64,000 nt of DNA from a virus: the IMG/VR virus record IMGVR_UViG_3300043570_002836, positions 1 through 64,000 of that record. One strand, written 5' to 3'. A program made the position numbers and the translations under genes. Each line of letters starts with the position of its first letter. The stretch's first letter is position 1. The notes below the pieces were generated by a model. The model searched no databases, had not been told where the DNA came from, and was given only the letters and a program-made list of their open reading frames with translations. Below are positions 10,812-22,074 of the stretch, one piece after another.

Positions 10812-11401
10812 GAGTTGGTATTGAAATAAACGGTGTTTTAAGGAACACGTTAGATAAAATAGAACAAACGTATCAAAAGTTTTACATAGATAAAACTGAT
10901 GGTATTGATGAAGAAAATTCTTTTGGATATAAAATAACCACCCCATTTGATTCGTTGGAATTAAAAAACCATTTCTCGTTTCATACTGATGAAGAATTAT
11001 ATTCATTTCTATATGAGGAATTCCCAATGGAAATCTTTGGTCACGCACAATCATCTGAGTACACATCTTTCAACGATTTAAATGATGTGTACATAAAATT
11101 ACGTGATTATCATGATTTTCTTGTTGTTTCAGATGAGATTGGTAGGTCTAAACCAGCGTCACTATTCTTCCTATCAAAATTCGGTTGTCAATTAGAAAAG
11201 GTTAAATTTTATAGTAATTTGACAATTAATTCAATGTGGGACGAAGTTGATATTTTACTTACATCAAATCCCGCTTTATTATTAGAGTATCCGACCGATA
11301 AAATTGTAATAAAGTTTGAAACTGAATATAATAAAAATATATCAAGTACACATACTATTAAAACAATAAAAGATTTGGAAATTAAATTAAAAGAACTATA
11401 A
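10808..11401 (+). CDS. HAD/5'(3')-nucleotidase-like protein, catalytic DxD apparently degenerate
   Basis: RVGIEINGVLR resembles the HAD motif I with D->E/N. Confidence 0.45.
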   Translation: MRVGIEINGVLRNTLDKIEQTYQKFYIDKTDGIDEENSFGYKITTPFDSLELKNHFSFHTDEELYSFLYEEFPMEIFGHAQSSEYTSFNDLNDVYIKLRDYHDFLVVSDEIGRSKPASLFFLSKFGCQLEKVKFYSNLTINSMWDEVDILLTSNPALLLEYPTDKIVIKFETEYNKNISSTHTIKTIKDLEIKLKEL

Positions 11402-11403
11402 AG

Positions 11404-11745
11404 ATGTTAAAAATTTTAAACGAGTACTACTATCTTGACTTAGACAAGATGGAAGAATTGGTCAACATACCAACTAAAGAAAAATCTGAAAGTGTAAAAT
11501 CTGAAAGTGTAAAATCTGAAGGTGTGAAATCTGAAGGTGATGATTCTGAGAATGAGGAACTTGATGGTATGACGCAACACATTAGTATTGTTAAATACGA
11601 TATGTTAAAAGTTATGATTGATGTGTTAATGACTGAAAGTGAAGAAGTCGATGAGAAATTAGGACCTAAAAGTACGGAAATTTCAATCCCATTTAAATTA
11701 GCGTTTAACACTCTTTTAAATAAAAAAATAATAAACAAATATTAA
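11404..11745 (+). CDS. Hypothetical protein with KSE(S/G)V tandem repeat
   Basis: ORF within the operon. Confidence 0.7.
   Translation: MLKILNEYYYLDLDKMEELVNIPTKEKSESVKSESVKSEGVKSEGDDSENEELDGMTQHISIVKYDMLKVMIDVLMTESEEVDEKLGPKSTEISIPFKLAFNTLLNKKIINKY
11481..11538 (+). repeat. 15-bp in-frame tandem repeat, about 4 copies (AAATCTGAA(A/G)GTGT(A/G))
   Basis: Read directly in the sequence. Confidence 0.9.
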
Positions 11746-11750
11746 ACAAT

Positions 11751-12815
11751 ATGAATCAAGAGAACATTTCAAAATTAGAAGTAGCTATTCAAAAAATGAA
11801 AGATAAACAATCGAGAGTTTATCTTTTAGTTCAAGACACTAAAGGTAATGCTACTGCATCGGTTGCGTATATTTACAGATTGGCGATGGCGTTACATAAG
11901 TCAGGGTATAATACTATTATATTACATGAGGAATCAGAATACTTTGGGGTATCTACATGGTTAGGACAAGAGTATATGGACGAATTACCACATCAATCAA
12001 TTAATGGTCAAAACTTAGAAGTATCACCTGAAGATTTTATTATCATTCCTGAGTTATACGGATATGTTATGAGTCAAATTAGTAAATTACCTTGTGGTAA
12101 AATTGTTTTATCTCAATCATATGATAGTATCCTTGAGACATTACAACCTGGTGAAACTTGGTCACAATTAGGTTTCTTTAAATGTATAACAACATCTGAA
12201 ACTCAAAAAGACTATATCACCAAATTAATGAGAAACGTATCAATTGATGTTTTGGAACCATACATTTCGGATATGTATTCTAAACCAACATTACCAGCAA
12301 AACCTATTGTTTCGGTATTAACTCGTGACCAAAGGGACACTATTAATTTAGTGAAAAGTTTTTACATCAAATTTCCACAATATAGATGGATAACTTTCCG
12401 TGATATGAGAAACTTAACTGAAAAACAATTTGCTGATGGTTTGAAAGATGTTTGTTTGTCAGTATGGATTGACGATATCAGTAGTTATGGTACATACCCA
12501 TTAGAGTCTATGAAAACAGGTGTTCCTGTGTTAGGACTAGTCCCTAATGTAGTGCCATCTTGGTTAAACGAAGGTAACGGATTATGGTCAAATAACAAAG
12601 TTCAAGTTGTTGATTTTGTTGCTGATTACTTACAAAGTTGGTTGGAAGATAACATTGATGAAAAAATTTATGGCGAAATGGATAAAACTGTTTCTGAATT
12701 ATCAACTAAAGAAAAATTCGATACTGAGGCGGTATCACTTATTGAAGGGTATATTAATACTCGTTTAACTTCGTTTGAAGAACAATTATCTAAACTAGAA
12801 ACAATTGAAGAATAA
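11751..12815 (+). CDS. Glycosyltransferase (GT-B-like)
   Basis: IIIPE motif and SYGTYPLESMKTGVPV. Confidence 0.7.
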   Translation: MNQENISKLEVAIQKMKDKQSRVYLLVQDTKGNATASVAYIYRLAMALHKSGYNTIILHEESEYFGVSTWLGQEYMDELPHQSINGQNLEVSPEDFIIIPELYGYVMSQISKLPCGKIVLSQSYDSILETLQPGETWSQLGFFKCITTSETQKDYITKLMRNVSIDVLEPYISDMYSKPTLPAKPIVSVLTRDQRDTINLVKSFYIKFPQYRWITFRDMRNLTEKQFADGLKDVCLSVWIDDISSYGTYPLESMKTGVPVLGLVPNVVPSWLNEGNGLWSNNKVQVVDFVADYLQSWLEDNIDEKIYGEMDKTVSELSTKEKFDTEAVSLIEGYINTRLTSFEEQLSKLETIEE

Positions 12816-13629
12816 TATGGAAAATGTAGAAAAATTTGATGTATCGGTTATTTTACCGATTAAAACTAATAAAACACTTAACTTTGAGGATTATTTCGTA
12901 AAATGTATTGAGTCACTTAAAATTCAAAAATTACCTGTTAATGAATTGGTAATTGTTTATGGTAACGACACAACTTTAGTTGATTATTTAAATTCTTATG
13001 ATTTTGGCGACATCAATGTTAAATTATTAGAGTGGACGGGTGAACCAAATTATGCGGCACAAGTTAACCATGGTGTTAATTCATCTGAATCAACTTGGGT
13101 ATCATTGTATGAATTTGATGATGAATATTCAACAATTTGGTTTAATAACGTTAAAAAGTATTCTGAAGCTTATCCTAATGTTGATGCGTTTTTACCAATC
13201 GTTGTTGATACTGACGATAAAGGAGTGTTTGCGGGGTTTACTAATGAAGCAACATTTGCGGCGAACTTCTCATCTGAAATGGGGGTATTGACTAATGAAA
13301 CTCTTCAAGACTATCAGAACTTTCAATTATCAGGAATGGTGATTAAAAAATCTAAGTTTATTGAGAACGGACTTATTAAACCATCGTTTAAATTAACATT
13401 TGGGTATGAGATGTTTTTACGATTAACTCAAAATGGTGTTAAAATTATGTCAATTCCAAAAATTGGATACAAACATATCAATTTACGTGAAGGTTCAATA
13501 TTTTGGAATTACAAAAATGGTGAACAACCTCTTACAAATGATGAGGTTAGGTTCTGGGTTGAGTCGGCGAAAAAAGAGTATTTCTTTATTAATGACAGAG
13601 ACATAAAATATGAAGTTCTTGAAGCTTAA
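12805..13629 (+). CDS. Glycosyltransferase family 2
   Basis: VSVILPI, VNHGV, YEFDDEY. Confidence 0.75.
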   Translation: MKNNMENVEKFDVSVILPIKTNKTLNFEDYFVKCIESLKIQKLPVNELVIVYGNDTTLVDYLNSYDFGDINVKLLEWTGEPNYAAQVNHGVNSSESTWVSLYEFDDEYSTIWFNNVKKYSEAYPNVDAFLPIVVDTDDKGVFAGFTNEATFAANFSSEMGVLTNETLQDYQNFQLSGMVIKKSKFIENGLIKPSFKLTFGYEMFLRLTQNGVKIMSIPKIGYKHINLREGSIFWNYKNGEQPLTNDEVRFWVESAKKEYFFINDRDIKYEVLEA

Positions 13630-14378
13630 TGATTGGAGACAATGGATTGACTGGAGATACAACTGTTGAGTTAAAAAAGAAAGGTAGGAAACCAAAACAA
13701 GCAAACTATTTTGATGTTCAGGAGGAATTAGCGGTAATAAATTTTTTATCCGCTGAGACCTACGAAGAAAAAAATAAAATTTATAATGAATTCCTAAAAA
13801 AACCTTTAGATAAGATGATTTCGTCAATTATTAGACGATACAAATTATACAGAAAAGATATGGACTTTTACGAAATCCATATAGACACTCACTCGTTTTT
13901 AATGACTAAAATTGATAAGTTTAAACCTGCAAAGGAAAAAAAAGCTTATTCTTATTTTGGAACAATATGTAAAAACTATTTAATGGGTCAAATTATTAAA
14001 GACCAAAAAGAAATGAACAGAAAGATTTCTTATGAAGATATCTCAAGTGATTTGGAAAATAGTGAACGATTCGCTTATTATATTGAGAAAGATACTTTAG
14101 ATTATGGGAGTGTTATTACTAAATTTTTAATCGAGCTGGAAACATTTATTCAGAATGAAAAATTATCTGAGAACGAAAGAAAGTTAGGTTTAGCCTTATA
14201 TGATTTGTTTGAGAATTATGAAAGTATTTTTATTGGTAATGATAATAATAAATTTAATAAAAATATCGTATTGTTATCTTTAAGAGAGATGACAAATCTA
14301 TCAACAAAAGAAATTAGAAGTTCTATGAAAAAGTTTAAATTAATCTATTTAAATCTAATACAGGACCTTATTAAATAA
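13629..14378 (+). CDS. Late-transcription sigma factor (T4 gp55-like)
   Basis: N-terminal ANYF; KFKPAKEKKAYSYFGTICKNY resembles the gp55 region-2 motif. Confidence 0.65.
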   Translation: MIGDNGLTGDTTVELKKKGRKPKQANYFDVQEELAVINFLSAETYEEKNKIYNEFLKKPLDKMISSIIRRYKLYRKDMDFYEIHIDTHSFLMTKIDKFKPAKEKKAYSYFGTICKNYLMGQIIKDQKEMNRKISYEDISSDLENSERFAYYIEKDTLDYGSVITKFLIELETFIQNEKLSENERKLGLALYDLFENYESIFIGNDNNKFNKNIVLLSLREMTNLSTKEIRSSMKKFKLIYLNLIQDLIK

Positions 14379-14403
14379 AATTTTTTACAAAATATTTATT
14401 ATT

Positions 14404-14772
14404 ATGGGAAGACCACCGAAAAAAGAAATTAATTTAACTAAAGAATCAATATTATCTTTGTTACAAGAAATCTATAATGAACTTGTTGAACAAAGAAATA
14501 CCGCAATTAGAATACAAAATAAAATGTTGGCAATGATGAAAGACCCTGAAGATATGACACTGATTGGTCCTGTCATTGAGAAACAACAAAAGATTATTAA
14601 CGACTGTGTTGAGAAAAAATTGTCCCTTTCAAAATTACAGTCAAGTATTTGGGAAAAATCGAATACCAATACCGAAAGTTTTTCAATATCGGACATTGAT
14701 ATGGATGACGATGTTATTAAAAGTTTAATTGAAAAAGATATCAAAACAGGTGGTGGGTCATATAAAATGTAA
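14404..14772 (+). CDS. Hypothetical protein
   Basis: ORF with upstream TATTTATT motif. Confidence 0.7.
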   Translation: MGRPPKKEINLTKESILSLLQEIYNELVEQRNTAIRIQNKMLAMMKDPEDMTLIGPVIEKQQKIINDCVEKKLSLSKLQSSIWEKSNTNTESFSISDIDMDDDVIKSLIEKDIKTGGGSYKM

Positions 14773-14786
14773 TATTTAATGTATCC

Positions 14787-16742
14787 ATGAAAGCATCAAT
14801 TAATAAAGAAGGAGCGTCAATAGATATAAAAGACGATTACAAAAAACTTGAAGGTCAGATTCAGTCGACTAAGACATATAATGATTTAAAGAAGCAATAT
14901 AAAAAGGCCTCAAAAAGTACGGGGTCTTCGTTAGAAAAATTTAGTGATAAATCTAAAATATTTTCGGAAAATATTGATTCGATTTCAGGTAAAACTAAAG
15001 CTTTTCAGAAAGAAATAAAAAATCAATTTGAGAAACTTTTAGATATTAATGAAGTAACGGGGTCAAAATCAATCAAGTATATTAAAACAAAATTAATATT
15101 AACGGTTAAAGATATTGAACCTCAAGTTTCTAAAATTTTATTAGAAGAGATATTAAAAGCGGTTGGTTGTGACCAACAACAAACTTACAATCCAGGCGTT
15201 CCTGTTTTAATTAGTGTTGCGTCGGTGGATTTAGGGGGACTATTAAAAACGTCACCATCAAGTAAGGTGGGTAGATTATTATACGAAAAAAAACCAATAT
15301 CAGTTCAAAACTCACCGTTTGCGATGAATAAACAGTTATTTGAACTAATCCAAAGTGGTAATCCATACTCAACATTTGCTGGAGGTAATTCATATATTGG
15401 TGAGTCTAAACAAGATTTACTTGATATAAGATATCATGATATTAATCCTGTGACAGGTATTGGTGGTGGATGGTTTGAGGTAACCCCTAAACAAAGAATT
15501 GATAAATTTGTAGGACAATTTCTTGCCGATTATTATAAAACTATTAAATTATTTGATGGTCATAATGTTTATACATGGTTAATGGAATTTTTGTCGGGGG
15601 CGATATCAATTAAGTTAAAAAATGACGATAAAAAAATTTCAGATTTAACATCGTTTCAGTTATTAATGCAAAGAATGTTAGGTTTATGTTTTGATGGCCG
15701 AACAGAAATTGATGTTAGCGGTAATGCCAAAGTATCACCATCTGATAATGTTGACGAATCTTTTTTTGAATTAAGTAATATTGATTTAAGATACATTGAA
15801 AACAAAGTAAATAATGTTAAAAAAGGTGTAATTGAATTTGAGGATTGTAATAATGTTAAGATACCTGTAAATACTGAAGGTATTTTAAGTGATTTGGATA
15901 AGATGATTTATGTTAAAGATGAGGATTTTATGAATATTGCGGCAACGTTACCGACAATAATGACTAACCCACCTGAAATACCAACAATTAATTTACCAAG
16001 TGCTGAAATATTTGATAAAGAATTCCTTAAACAATTAATAAACGGTTTAATAGCATCGTTATTATCCCCAAAAGTTATATTACCTATCATGGTTATGATT
16101 AAATCTATAGGTACTACGGTTAGTAATTCACTTGATAAAATAGATTCATATACGGCATTTTCTAAATATTTTAAAACTTTCATGATTAATATTGTTACCC
16201 GAATTGGTGCTTTATTTATTAAAACATTATTTAATATTATTAAAAAAGACCTTAAAAATTTAATTCTAACAGTTATTCAGGATGTTAATAAAGAAAAATC
16301 TGAAAAACATGCAGCGTTAATTTTAAAATTAACTAAAATATTGTTAACTGTTGCTGAGGTCTATAAATTAGTTGATGATTTTAGAAAATGTAAAAGTGTT
16401 GTGGATGAATTACTCAACATAATACAGATATGGACTACCAAGAAGGGTGCTCAAAAATCACAAATCCCGTTACCTATTTTATTTGCATCAAGATTAATGG
16501 ATGGATACTCTCAAACAAGGGCGTTTATAGGTACGATAGAGGAATTACAAAAACTAGGTATTCCGACAGGTGCTATGCCTGATGGTAGTCCTAATTTAAC
16601 GGTGTTATCAATGTTTTCACAATTAAAAGCATCCGCTGATGAGGAAAATTTAAATGGTAAAGTACAAATAGCAATTAACCCATTAACTGTGACACCATCA
16701 GGATTAACAATACCCGCAAGTGCGTTTGGAAAAAAATTATAA
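14787..16742 (+). CDS. Hypothetical, probably virion/baseplate protein
   Basis: 651-aa ORF next to the gp5-like gene. Confidence 0.5.
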   Translation: MKASINKEGASIDIKDDYKKLEGQIQSTKTYNDLKKQYKKASKSTGSSLEKFSDKSKIFSENIDSISGKTKAFQKEIKNQFEKLLDINEVTGSKSIKYIKTKLILTVKDIEPQVSKILLEEILKAVGCDQQQTYNPGVPVLISVASVDLGGLLKTSPSSKVGRLLYEKKPISVQNSPFAMNKQLFELIQSGNPYSTFAGGNSYIGESKQDLLDIRYHDINPVTGIGGGWFEVTPKQRIDKFVGQFLADYYKTIKLFDGHNVYTWLMEFLSGAISIKLKNDDKKISDLTSFQLLMQRMLGLCFDGRTEIDVSGNAKVSPSDNVDESFFELSNIDLRYIENKVNNVKKGVIEFEDCNNVKIPVNTEGILSDLDKMIYVKDEDFMNIAATLPTIMTNPPEIPTINLPSAEIFDKEFLKQLINGLIASLLSPKVILPIMVMIKSIGTTVSNSLDKIDSYTAFSKYFKTFMINIVTRIGALFIKTLFNIIKKDLKNLILTVIQDVNKEKSEKHAALILKLTKILLTVAEVYKLVDDFRKCKSVVDELLNIIQIWTTKKGAQKSQIPLPILFASRLMDGYSQTRAFIGTIEELQKLGIPTGAMPDGSPNLTVLSMFSQLKASADEENLNGKVQIAINPLTVTPSGLTIPASAFGKKL

Positions 16743-16744
16743 AA

Positions 16745-16954
16745 ATGGAAAAAGAACAAATAGATAAACTCGTCGATATTGTGAATGACTTTAAAAACCA
16801 TTCCAACAAAGATTTAATATTGGCTTTGGAAACATTAAATAAAGAATTTGAGACTACCAAAGAAACGGTTATTAAATTAACATATTATTTAGATAATTTA
16901 GAAAATAATTATAATACTATATTGAAAGAGTATAAAGATAGAACTAACACATAA
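16745..16954 (+). CDS. Small coiled-coil hypothetical protein
   Basis: ORF within the operon. Confidence 0.65.
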   Translation: MEKEQIDKLVDIVNDFKNHSNKDLILALETLNKEFETTKETVIKLTYYLDNLENNYNTILKEYKDRTNT

Positions 16955-16965
16955 TTAAAATAGTC

Positions 16966-18603
16966 ATGACTGATAAAGGGGAGGTAGAAAGAATAATTTC
17001 GGAATATTTAAGGAAAAATAATACAAGTCAAATAATTTTTTGGGGGGTTGTTTTAGATAATAAAGACCCAATGATGTTGGGTAGAATACGTGTTGCTCCT
17101 AAAAATAAGAATGAAAGAGATACCTTAGCAGCTATAACTAATTGGGATGACAAAAAAGATAAATGGACATCTAAAGACCCCTTTGTATTTTTACCCTTAT
17201 TACCTTTTTTTATTAGTCAAACACCCAAGGTTGATGAGTACGTACATATAGTTTATTACAATAAAGATTTCCCCCAAGCAAATCAATTTTATATTCAAGG
17301 ACCATTCTCATCTCCGATGACAACCCCTTTTGAAAATTTTAATCCTGCTCAAAAATTTTTAGCCACGGGTGATAGATTAGCTGGTAGTGTATCAATTAAA
17401 AACCAAGATGGTTCCTACCAACAAGATTTTAGTATTGGGGTTTTTCCTGAGCCAGGTGATAACTCATTATTAGGTCGAGGTAGTGCGGATGTTATCGTTA
17501 AAGAAAATGAAGTTTTAATAAGAGCAGGTAAAACTAATAAATTAGATAAAACAGAATTACCTGTTGCAAACAGTAAACGGGCATTCTTACAATTATCAAA
17601 TTTTACTCAAGAAAAAGTTATCGAAAAATCAGAAAAATTTGGTAATTTTATAGAAAATGTTAAGTCAGTTAAAAAGATGGTTGTGTGGGATATTACCAAT
17701 TTGGAAAATACTTACGACGCGTTTAATGGTTCGGTTAGTATCTATAATGTTTTACCAAATAAAGTAACTAACACTCAAAATTTTAAATACGACACTATTA
17801 CTAAGATTTCTATCGGAACAAATTATGTTGGACCAATAGAAAAGTTTGAATTTAATGCCATGGGTATTGATGATATAACAACGTTAGTTAACAACGTTGC
17901 TCAAGGTGTTGTTATTGGTAATTTAAATATCTCAGGGTACACAACTAATTCACAATCAAATGTTGACCCAAAAGAATCATTTCCATTCATTGTAACCCCA
18001 TCTAAATTAACCTATGAACGAGGTTTTAATCAAAAATTTATCGTTATTAGTACTCAACAAGATGTGAATGAAATTAATAATTACGTTAAATTTAATACTA
18101 AAATAACACCTGTTGGTAATAATAATTATAATGGATGGTTTTTAGTGTGGGAAAACAAAAAAGATTATCCAGTAATTGGTGTTCAAAAAGAATTAAACAT
18201 TCAAACAGTTACACCGTTCACATTTAAAGACAATGACATTACTTATGGTGTTTTAGGTGGTCAAAAATTATACTTATTATCACATGATTCTTCAGGACCA
18301 AAAGGTGATATTGATTTGAGAAATACTTTATATGGTATAAATCAAGATAATTTTATTGGTGGAGTTGGTAGTAAAGGTGCTGAGGATAGTATTTTTGAAA
18401 AAACTTACCCAACTGTTAGGGGGGATGAGTTAATGAAACTTTTGATGAAAATGTTTGATTACGTTATTGGACACGTACATCCAATCGCAACTATGCCACC
18501 TGTTCCTGTGTCTTCAGGTAATGGTCAAACCACTTCTGAGATTTTGGCAATCCTCGCAGATTCACAAAATACTATCTTAAATCAAAATATTAGAATTAAT
18601 TGA
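16966..18603 (+). CDS. Baseplate hub/spike protein with gp5/VgrG-type OB-fold
   Basis: [17 protein letters not shown]...PKVDEYVHI; C-terminal HVHP. Confidence 0.7.
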   Translation: MTDKGEVERIISEYLRKNNTSQIIFWGVVLDNKDPMMLGRIRVAPKNKNERDTLAAITNWDDKKDKWTSKDPFVFLPLLPFFISQTPKVDEYVHIVYYNKDFPQANQFYIQGPFSSPMTTPFENFNPAQKFLATGDRLAGSVSIKNQDGSYQQDFSIGVFPEPGDNSLLGRGSADVIVKENEVLIRAGKTNKLDKTELPVANSKRAFLQLSNFTQEKVIEKSEKFGNFIENVKSVKKMVVWDITNLENTYDAFNGSVSIYNVLPNKVTNTQNFKYDTITKISIGTNYVGPIEKFEFNAMGIDDITTLVNNVAQGVVIGNLNISGYTTNSQSNVDPKESFPFIVTPSKLTYERGFNQKFIVISTQQDVNEINNYVKFNTKITPVGNNNYNGWFLVWENKKDYPVIGVQKELNIQTVTPFTFKDNDITYGVLGGQKLYLLSHDSSGPKGDIDLRNTLYGINQDNFIGGVGSKGAEDSIFEKTYPTVRGDELMKLLMKMFDYVIGHVHPIATMPPVPVSSGNGQTTSEILAILADSQNTILNQNIRIN

Positions 18604-18625
18604 TATTTATATGTAAAACATTTAA

Positions 18626-20095
18626 ATGTCAATTAACAATTCATTCTTTAGCAGAAATAACACAATCATTTACAATAGCTTTGTCAACACGGGTAGAAAC
18701 CCTGTTACTGAGTTATTTTATGGTTCAGTAATCTCAACACAATATCCGATTAATTATAGTCGTTTTATTTTTGATTTGGATTTAGATTTATTAAAGGAGA
18801 AAGTTGCCGATGGTACAATTACAACTACTTGTACTGACGATATCAAACATACTTTGAGAATGATTAACACGTCAACATTTAATGACTTGTTAAACACAAC
18901 AACATCTCAAAGTAGAATGAGAGCAACATCTTTCGACTTAATTTTATTTAGAATTCCATTCATAGATAATGACCCTGATTTACCCCAACTTTGGGATGAG
19001 GGTGTTGGTTATGATTATGCCGATTTGGTTTACGAAATATCTAACGACAAAAATTTTTCAGATAGACCATCAAATTGGTATCAAACAACAACAATTGGAA
19101 CTTGGACCGAACCTGGAATTTACAATAATAAAAATCTAGGAGTTGTTAATTATACAGATTTATATATTGTTGATATCCAACATTTTGAATTTGGAAATGA
19201 AAATATCAGTTTCGATATGACTGATGAAATAAACTCGATATTAAATGGTTCATCAACAAATATTTCAGGTTGGGGTATTGCATTTAGACCTCAAGTTGAA
19301 AACTTATCAGGTTTAACTGAAAACTATGAAGTTCAGTTCTTTACAAGACACACCCAAACTTTTTATGAACCTTATTTAGAAACATCGTATAACGACCTAA
19401 TTGAGGATGACAGAAATTTATTTACACTTGGTAAAACGAATAAATTATATCTTTATTTGTTTGACAATGGAAATCCAATTAACTTGGACTTTAATCCGTA
19501 TGTCGATATTAATGATTCAAATGGTACACCCATTAATGGGTTAACAGGTTTAAATACTTGTCAAAGAGCTAAAGGGGTATATGAAGTTACAATACCAGCA
19601 TTAATTGGTTATAAAACACCATGTACGTTTTCGGATAAATGGTATAACATGAAATTGAATAATTTCCCAATACCTGAAATTATTAATGATTTTGTAATTC
19701 ACCCACTAAAAAGTTCAATTCAAATTGGAACCTCTTCTGTTGACCCTAAAGTTTATGGGTTTGATTTCTACGGAATTAAACAAGATGAGAAAATTTTTAA
19801 CAGTGATGTTAGAAAAGTTGGTGTGATAATTAAACAAGCCTATACAACCCAAAAGTTACTACAACATGTTGACGCTAGTTATCGTGTTTATGTTAGAGAA
19901 GGTCAGACTGAAGTTGAGGTTCAAGGGTGGACTAAAATTAGTAGAACACCTAATGAATATTACTTCATTTTTGACACTAGAGACAAAATTCCTAACGAAT
20001 ATTACTTAGACATCAAAGTTGTTAGTGGTGGTGAAATCAATACTTATAAACAACAAATAAAATTTCAAATTGTGAATGTCAAATATTTATTTTGA
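18626..20095 (+). CDS. Putative virion structural protein
   Basis: Late motif upstream; beta-rich; structural context. Confidence 0.5.
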   Translation: MSINNSFFSRNNTIIYNSFVNTGRNPVTELFYGSVISTQYPINYSRFIFDLDLDLLKEKVADGTITTTCTDDIKHTLRMINTSTFNDLLNTTTSQSRMRATSFDLILFRIPFIDNDPDLPQLWDEGVGYDYADLVYEISNDKNFSDRPSNWYQTTTIGTWTEPGIYNNKNLGVVNYTDLYIVDIQHFEFGNENISFDMTDEINSILNGSSTNISGWGIAFRPQVENLSGLTENYEVQFFTRHTQTFYEPYLETSYNDLIEDDRNLFTLGKTNKLYLYLFDNGNPINLDFNPYVDINDSNGTPINGLTGLNTCQRAKGVYEVTIPALIGYKTPCTFSDKWYNMKLNNFPIPEIINDFVIHPLKSSIQIGTSSVDPKVYGFDFYGIKQDEKIFNSDVRKVGVIIKQAYTTQKLLQHVDASYRVYVREGQTEVEVQGWTKISRTPNEYYFIFDTRDKIPNEYYLDIKVVSGGEINTYKQQIKFQIVNVKYLF

Positions 20096-20142
20096 TATTT
20101 ATAATTAAAATAATCAGAAATGTACCTTAAAAACAAATTAAA

Positions 20143-20763
20143 ATGGAAAATTATATTATAAATGAATGTATTACTAATAATGTCCACATTCTTTCTTCGT
20201 CAGGGTTAACTTCGGGTGCCACAATAGAGTTTGATATTAGCGAGGCCCGATTTTGTGGTACTGTTGGGTCAGTAACAGGGGGCAGCGAAACTCCAAACAT
20301 AACCTTCATTCAACTATACGACGATTCTTGTGCGTGTTTAAGTGGTATTACAATATTAGATGAAACTTTAAATTTTAGCTTTACGCGATGTGGGAGATTT
20401 GGTACAGAGATTTCTATTGAAGCGACTAACTTTTGTAATGATTTTGGATTACCCACAACAGGTATTACTTATGGATTACAATTTGGGTCTGAAATACCAT
20501 TTTGTGCAACTTTTAATGGGTTAAGTTCAACGGGAACAACAAATTATTCATACGTTTCAGGACCCTTTTCAAATTGCGAAGATTGTGGACAAGAACCATC
20601 ACCAACGAGAAGTGCGAATGCTGAAACGGTAATATGTGAAGTTTGTAGTGGTGAAACCATTACATTATACCCACCACACGCACAATATAGTGACTCACAA
20701 AACAATATTGTGATACAAATGAATACAGTTGCGTTAGGTGGGGAAAATGGGTTAAATAATTAA
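20143..20763 (+). CDS. Cys-rich putative virion appendage protein
   Basis: Shares a ~50-aa C-terminal module with the next ORF. Confidence 0.5.
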   Translation: MENYIINECITNNVHILSSSGLTSGATIEFDISEARFCGTVGSVTGGSETPNITFIQLYDDSCACLSGITILDETLNFSFTRCGRFGTEISIEATNFCNDFGLPTTGITYGLQFGSEIPFCATFNGLSSTGTTNYSYVSGPFSNCEDCGQEPSPTRSANAETVICEVCSGETITLYPPHAQYSDSQNNIVIQMNTVALGGENGLNN

Positions 20764-20767
20764 AAAT

Positions 20768-22072
20768 ATGGGTACCGCAGGAAAAATTGATAATACATTC
20801 CCTCACGGATTATTATACGGGTTTGATAAAAATGTTCATGATGTTAAAATACAAAGTGATGGTAAAATATTAGTTGCTGGTGATTTTGAACATTATGATT
20901 ATAATGGAGTTATTAATTATTCACCATATTTATGTCGATTAAATGTCGATGGAACTTTTGATACAACGTTTGATATTACTGATGGTAGTGTAGGTTTAGA
21001 TAATTCGATTAAAACCATACATGTTCTTAGTAATGGTAAAATAATTGCTGGTGGTGAGTTCACTCAAATAATTAGAAACGGGATTACTTATAATTACTCA
21101 AATATTATTATGTTTAATACTGATGGGTCAATCAACACTTCATTTAATGTTGGAACGGGTTTTAATGATACTGTTGAAAAGATTGAGGAACTATATAATG
21201 GTAAAATAGTTGTTGGTGGTAGATTTACACAATATAGTGGTCAATCGTATAATTGTATAATACAACTTAATATTGACGGGTCAGTAGATACGTCTTTTAA
21301 TATTGGTACAGGTTTTAACGATACTATACCACATGTCACGGACATTATTAAAGATGGTAATGACTTATTAGTTGGTGGAACCTACACTAGTTATAATGGT
21401 ACCCCAACAAATGATATAACAAGATTATTATCAAATGGTGATATTGACACTTCATTTAATGCTGGGACAGGTTTTAATGGTCCTGTGTTTAGTATCGGTT
21501 TACAATCGACAGGTAAAATTATTGTTGGAGGTTATTTTACAGAATTTAATGGTATTGACCTACATTATGGTAATATTGTAAGATTAAATTCTGACGGGTC
21601 GTATTCCGATTCATTTGGATATGGTCTTGATAATATTGTTACCTCAATATGTGTTCAACCTAATGATAAGATTATTGCTGGTGGTTTTTTTGACAAATAT
21701 TATACATCATCAATTGATTTCATAGAATCAAAAAAATTAATTAAATTTTTATCCACCACAAATTTTGATAATAATTTTTATTTAGGGTACAGTTATAGTG
21801 ATGGAATCTATTCAGTAACACCCTATAATGGTGATGATTATTTATTTATTGGGGGTGAAATGAATTACCCACCATTTAATCATTTTGGTAAATTAGTAAA
21901 CGAGGCACCAATCCCTATTAGTGCTAACACGGAATACTTTATGTGTTCAATATGTTCGGGAGACACTAACACAATTACAGTACCACATCCAACATATTCA
22001 AATGGTATGGGACGTGATGTAATACAACTAAACGCAATCACCCTTGGTGGCGAAAATGGATTAAATAATTAA
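20768..22072 (+). CDS. Delta-60-repeat beta-propeller protein (putative adhesin/receptor-binding)
   Basis: Repeated Q.DGKI.VGG.F...RLN.DG..DTSF..GTGFN units. Confidence 0.85.
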   Translation: MGTAGKIDNTFPHGLLYGFDKNVHDVKIQSDGKILVAGDFEHYDYNGVINYSPYLCRLNVDGTFDTTFDITDGSVGLDNSIKTIHVLSNGKIIAGGEFTQIIRNGITYNYSNIIMFNTDGSINTSFNVGTGFNDTVEKIEELYNGKIVVGGRFTQYSGQSYNCIIQLNIDGSVDTSFNIGTGFNDTIPHVTDIIKDGNDLLVGGTYTSYNGTPTNDITRLLSNGDIDTSFNAGTGFNGPVFSIGLQSTGKIIVGGYFTEFNGIDLHYGNIVRLNSDGSYSDSFGYGLDNIVTSICVQPNDKIIAGGFFDKYYTSSIDFIESKKLIKFLSTTNFDNNFYLGYSYSDGIYSVTPYNGDDYLFIGGEMNYPPFNHFGKLVNEAPIPISANTEYFMCSICSGDTNTITVPHPTYSNGMGRDVIQLNAITLGGENGLNN

Positions 22073-22074
22073 TT

